From assembly GCA_963833985.1 (NCBI GenBank), contig CAWIAD010000001.1, positions 1,984,001 to 2,048,000 on the forward strand: DNA of 64,000 nt. The letters run 5' to 3'. Source of the stretch: an uncultured Planctomycetaceae bacterium (GTDB lineage Bacteria > Planctomycetota > Planctomycetia > Isosphaerales > Isosphaeraceae). The notes beneath the pieces are model-generated. The model made no database searches, was not told the DNA's origin, and saw nothing but the letters and a program-made list of their open reading frames with translations. The position numbers were made by a program, and so were the translations under genes. The stretch's first letter is position 1. Every line of letters begins with the position of its first letter. Shown piece after piece: positions 59,120 through 64,000 of this stretch.

Positions 59120-61395
59120 ATGGCGCACACCGATGAGCTTTACCTCGGCAAGACCCAGTACCAGGTGCTCGGCCAGAGGCCCGTGCGGCACGACGGCGCG
59201 GACAAGGTGACCGGCAAGGCCCTCTATGCCGCCGACATCCAGCTTCCCAACATGGCACATGGGAAGATTGTCCGCAGCCCACACGCCCACGCGCGGATTG
59301 TCTCCGTCGATGCGACGGCGGCCCTGAAGATTCCCGGTGTCTTCGCCGTGGTCACCGCGGACGACTTTCCCGCGCTCCAGAGCCACAGCGAGGTCATGGG
59401 CGAGGGCGGCGCAGTCAACCTGGCGCACATGGCGGCCAACTGCCTGGCCACGGAGAAGGTCCTTTATCGGGGCCATGCCGTGGCGGCCGTGGCCGCGGCG
59501 AACCCGCACCTGGCGGAAGAGGCGGCCGGCCAGATCAATGTGGAATACGAGATCTTGCCCAGCGTGACCTGGGTGCTCGACGCCATGAAGGACGACGCCC
59601 CGATCTTGCTGGACGACCTGCGCACGGACTTCCTGGGCAAGAAGGGCGACCGGCCCACGAACGTCGCGCTCCATCTCCAGTTCGAGAAAGGGAACATCGC
59701 CGAGGGTTTCGCCCAGGCCGATGTCGTCATCGAGCGTGAGTTCCGAACGGCCAGCGTGCACCAAGGGTACATCGAGCCACACGCCACCGTGGCCCTCTGG
59801 AACGAGGACAACCGGCTGAAGGTCTGGGCGTCGACCCAGGGTGCATTCAACTGCCGTCAGCAGGTTGCCGATCTTTTGCAGATTCCGGTCTCGCAGTGCC
59901 TTGTCATCCCCTGCGAGATCGGCGGCGGGTTCGGCGGCAAGATCGCCGTTTACCTTGAGCCGGTAGCGGCCCTGCTGAGCCGCAAGTGCGGCCGGCCCGT
60001 GAAGCTCACCATGCAGCGCAACGAGGTCTTCGAAGGGACCGGACCAACCCCCGGCTCGTTTCTCCGCGTCAAGCTCGGCGCCACCAGGGACGGCAAGCTC
60101 ACCGCCGGTGAGGCGTGGCTGGCCTACGACTGCGGCGCCTTCCCCGGCGGCGTCATCGGTCCGGGCTGCATGTGCGTGTTCAGTTGCTACGAACTGCCCC
60201 ATGCCCGGGCGGACGGCTTCGACGTCCTGGACAACAAGCCCAAGACCCAGGCCTACCTGCGCCCGGGGCCACCCAGGCGGCGTTCGCCTGTGAGCAGGTC
60301 GTCGATGAGCTGGCCGCGCGCCTGGGCATCGACCCGCTCGAGTTCCGGCTCAAGAATGCCGCCAAGGAGGGAACCCGGCGCGTCGATGGCCCGGTCTACC
60401 CGCGCGTCGGCCTGGTCGAATGTTTGCAGGCGGCAAAGCAGAGCGAGCACTGGAACACGCCCCTGGAAGGCCCGCATCGCGGCCGCGGCATCGCGGCCGG
60501 GTTCTGGTTCAACATCGGACTGGCATCGAGCTGCTCGGGGAGCGTCAACGGCGACGGCATCGTCACGCTGGTCGAGGGCTCGACCGACATCGGCGGCACC
60601 CGTACCAGCATCGCCATGCAACTGGCCGAGACGCTCGGCATCGGGTCGCAGGACGTGCTGCCGCAGGTGGGCGACACCGACTCGGTCGGCTTCACCTTCC
60701 TGACCGGAGGCAGCCGCACCACCTTCGCCACCGGCCTGGCCGCCTACAAGCTGGCACTCGATCTCCAGGAGCAGATGAAGACTCGCGCGGCCATCCTCTG
60801 GGAATGTGATCCCTCGGCCGTCTCGGTGGAGAACGGCATCTACCGCCAGAACGGCCAGTCGCTCTCGTTCAAGGAACTCGCCGGGAAGATCGCCGAGCTC
60901 GGCCTGGAGCCCGTGGTGGGACGGGCGTCGGTCAATCCCGAGGGATCCACCAACGCCTTCGGCGTGCACATTGCCGACGTCGAAGTGGACCCCGAGACCG
61001 GCAAGGTGACCATCCTCCGTTACACCGCCATCCAGGATGCCGGCAAGGCCGTGCATCCCAGCTACGTGGAAGGCCAGATGCAGGGGGGAGTGGTTCAGGG
61101 AATTGGCTGGGCCCTGAACGAAGAGTACTTCTACGATCACAGGGACCAGATGCGCAACGCCAGCTTTCTGGACTACCGCATGCCCACCTGCCTGGACGTG
61201 CCGCTCATCGAGACGATCATCGTCGAGGTGCCCAATCCCACGCACCCGTTCGGCGTGCGCGGAGTCGGCGAGACGCCGATTGTCGCGCCCCCGGCGACCA
61301 TCGCCAACGCGATCGCCCGTGCCGCGGGCGTGCGCATGACCGAGCTGCCGATCTCGCCTCCGGTCCTCTGGAAAGCCATCTCGACAAACTCCTGA
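59120..61395 (+). CDS. Xanthine dehydrogenase family molybdopterin-binding subunit; frameshift near 60258
   Basis: KVTGKALY, RSPHAHARI, HQGYIEP, GGGFGGK, GGSRTT, EGQMQGG, RGVGE. One missing base interrupts the expected AYRAPG motif. Confidence 0.92.
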
Positions 61396-61409
61396 TACGG
61401 GAGCGATGC

Positions 61410-61685
61410 ATGGCCAGGGTATTCATTCCCGTGCCGCTCCGTGAACTGACGGCCGGCCAGACCGAGGTCGAGGTCCAGGTCGAGCCCGAAGGCACGACCG
61501 TCCGCGCGGTCGTCGATGCGCTCGAGGAGCGGTATCCAGGCATCAAGGCGCGTCTCTGCTCCGGCGACGCGCCGGCGCCCGGCCTTCAGGTCGCGGTCGA
61601 TGACACCATGACCACCCGCGGCCTCCGCGCCACCGTGCAACCCACCAGCGAGGTCCACTTCCTGCCCGCCATCGGCGGCGGCTGA
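61410..61685 (+). CDS. MoaD/ThiS family sulfur carrier (ubiquitin-like)
   Basis: 91 aa ending FLPAIGGG, directly downstream of the molybdoenzyme genes. Confidence 0.88.
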   Translation: MARVFIPVPLRELTAGQTEVEVQVEPEGTTVRAVVDALEERYPGIKARLCSGDAPAPGLQVAVDDTMTTRGLRATVQPTSEVHFLPAIGGG

Positions 61686-61785
61686 AGGCAGAATCACCGA
61701 CCACGGGAAGCCCACCTTCATCGTGGAGGTCACAGGGATCGTGGTCGAAGATCGCGAACCCCGCTGCGCCTGACGCTTTCTCAGT

Positions 61786-62231
61786 TGTGTCGGGTGTGTC
61801 CAGCGCAGCGACGACGCACCGTTTTGCGGCTCGGGCTTCCTCACCGGTCGGGCTCACGCCCGAGGTTGGAGGCTGCGCCCGTGAAAACCACGTACTGACG
61901 CACGTGGCCATGTGCCGCAGAGTGGCATCGTCCCAGAATGGCCTTGGCGCGCCGACCGTAGGGTGGGTCAGCGTAGCGCAACCCACCGGCTGGCAGGGCC
62001 TTGCGTGCGCCGAACCGCACACGCCGTACGACGTCCTGGGACGATGCCCGCAGAGTCCATCACGCCCGCGCACGGTGGCGTGCGTCGCGGGCTCCAGGTG
62101 TGTCGGGTGTGTCCAGCGCAGCGACGACGCACCGTTTTGCGTTCCTGGCTTCCTCACTGGTCGGGCTCACGCCCGAGGTTGGGGGCTGCGCCCGTGAAAA
62201 CCACGTGATCACGCACGTGGCCATGCGCCGC
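61786..62231. repeat. About 130-bp direct repeat pair (about 61786-61919 and 62098-62231) with REP-like heads, flanking a GTAG REP
   Basis: GTGTCGGGTGTGTCCAGCGCAGCGACGACGCACCGTTTTGCG...GCCCGTGAAAACCACGT...CACGTGGCCATG occurs twice; GTAGGGTGGGTCAGCGTAGCGCAACCCACC at 61958. Confidence 0.85.
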
Positions 62232-62644
62232 ATAGTCCGTGGCGCTGGCGCATGTGGCCATCTGCCGCAGAATCCATGGTGCCCGCGCACGTGGCCATGC
62301 GCCCGGGCTCCAGGCGGAGAAGTCATGGTGCGCGCCCCGGCACGCAAGGATTGCGTGCCCTGCGGCGATGCGGATGCGGACGCAGACGCCCCGGCACGCA
62401 AGCATCGCCTGCCGTACGAACACACCTGCCCGACGGCTGGGGGGGAAAATCAAAAATTCCCCCGGATTCCTCCGATTTTTGGCAGTTTCGGTCGGATCCT
62501 CATAGATAGACGGCAGATCCCGGCACATCGGCCGCGGCTCGCCGAGAGGGCCGCTCCCCGCGCCGCTCCTCAGGTGAACCGCCGGCCGGGGCCGCTCTGC
62601 ACACCGCATACACGACCTGCACCAAAAACAAAGAGAGCAACACC

Positions 62645-64000
62645 GTGGCCACCACAGCCCAGATCGCGGCCAATCGCCGCAACGCCGCAAAAAGCACGGG
62701 GCCGAAGAGCGACCAGGGCAAGGCCCGCGCCCGGCTCAACGCGCTGAGGCATGGCGCCAACGCCCGCATCGCCATACCGGTCCTTCCCCAGGAAGATCCG
62801 AAGGAGCTCGCCGAACGGATCTTGCAGTGGACGTTCGAACTCGTGCCGCGCAACGACGTCGAACGCACCCTGGTCGGCCACGCGGCGCGCATCGATTGGC
62901 AGATCGACCGCGCCGAGCGGGCCGAGACGGCTTACCTCGCGGCTCGCGTCCACCGCCAGCGCGACCGCGACGAGGCCGGGCGGCTGAAGCAGGCCCACCT
63001 CCTGGGCCGCAAGCTGCTGGACACCCTCGACCCGCGCGAGCGGTTCGGCAAGGCCGAGTACTACGAGGACATGCCCGCCGTCTTCCTCGCCCGGCTCGAG
63101 CAGCTCCCCGAGGGCTGCCGCTGGCTCCTCGCGCGGTGGTCCGAGTTCCGCAACCTCATCGACGTGCGGGCCGCCTGGAGCGAAACCGACCACTACCGAT
63201 TCCTGCGGCTCATGGGCAAGAGCTTCCTGGAAGGGATGATCGACCCGGCCGCCAACCGCGTATTCCAGGCCGTCGACGCGATCGAGCCGGGTCAGGGCCG
63301 CGAGCTCTGGGAGCTGTTCCGCAACATGAAAGCCAGTTCCGGCCCCTATTTCAGCGGCGCGATGCCGTGGCGGCGCTGTCGCGCCCGCCGGCGAACGCGA
63401 AAGAGGGCTGGGAGGTCCTCAGCTCGATCGTGGACGAGGCGATCCACCGGCTGGAAGCGCGGCTCGCCGAGCACGAGGACCTGGAGCAGATCGAAGCCGA
63501 CGCCGAGCCCGACCGCGCGGTCTTCGCCGCCAGCAAGGCCGTCGCGGTCCTGCGCAGGCACCAGGGCGCGCTGACCCGCGAGCTGCTGCGTACGCTGACC
63601 GCGCTGTCGAAGCTGCAAAAAGCCGAGCTCGGCGCCGACAACAACAACGAAGCCGACCGCCTCCCCATGCCGGTTGTCCATGAGCCACAGATCGGCCCCG
63701 CGCCCCAGCCGGACGCACGTCAACCACACGATGAATCGCGCAACGGCCGGAATGAAGGGGATGGTCCCGGGATGGCGTCGAGCGGGGGCATCCCGCACGT
63801 AAAGGTCTGCAAGCCAGTGGGTTGCGCTGCGCTGACCCACCCTACGGGTGATTCACCACGAGTTTTTCGCAGTATCTTGAACGAAGCCAATGTTTTGGCG
63901 ATGCAAGTGGATAGTGGCAAGGAGGATACAGCCGTTGCAGAGCGCATCCGGCGGCCAGAACGAACCCAATCGCGCACGCGCCTCGGGCAGGATGCGAATG
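62645..64000 (+). CDS. Hypothetical protein of the ANRRNA-STGP-NALRHG family; frameshift near 63380, open to window end
   Basis: MATTAQIAANRRNAAKSTGPKSDQGKARARLNALRHG; continues EGWEVLSSIVDEAIHRLE... in another frame with no stop before 64000. Confidence 0.75.
63808..63847 (-). repeat. GTAG-type REP, inverted partner of the copy at 61956
   Basis: Reverse complement CCGTAGGGTGGGTCAGCGCAGCGCAACCCACTGGCTTGCAG versus CCGTAGGGTGGGTCAGCGTAGCGCAACCCACCGGCTGGCAG. Confidence 0.85.

Noticed and set aside
58580..60703. Apparent natural fusion of the 2Fe-2S and molybdopterin subunits
   Set aside because: A GAGG RBS and ATG at 59120, an out-of-frame TGA just after the small subunit, and the many indels in this window make an artefactual read-through at least as likely.
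59120..61395. Aerobic CO dehydrogenase (coxL)
   Set aside because: The active-site loop reconstructs as AYRAPG, not form I AYXCSFR or form II AYRGAGR.

Overview
High-GC bacterial chromosome segment, most likely from a planctomycete (Isosphaeraceae-like). This is inferred from a DUF1559 pilin-like gene, DUF1080, an ECF sigma factor with a long C-terminal extension, a HEAT-Hint protein and a membrane-anchored sulfatase. Housekeeping and metabolic blocks (SUI1-cstA, ispD, CoaC-like, LysR-gltB-gltD, amt, xanthine-dehydrogenase-family M/S/L plus MoaD) alternate with an envelope/efflux region (OprP-like porin, two TolC, MFP, RND). The most striking structure is a three-level nest of mobile DNA at 12-16 kb. 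A short repeat element with REP hairpins (uninterrupted sibling at 53.05-53.31 kb) is split in a REP loop by a group II intron. The intron's RT gene is in turn split, at the conserved QGAPISPLL motif, by a 2-kb element encoding only a large serine recombinase and a small ORF. That element has perfect 23-bp inverted ends and a GATC core; precise excision would restore the RT and give the recombinase its missing stop codon. An IS1634 composite transposon carrying a PDZ serine protease splits a DUF1559 gene with a 4-bp target duplication. Several REP doublets sit inside small inverted-repeat shells. About a dozen genes carry frameshifts, probably assembly indel errors.
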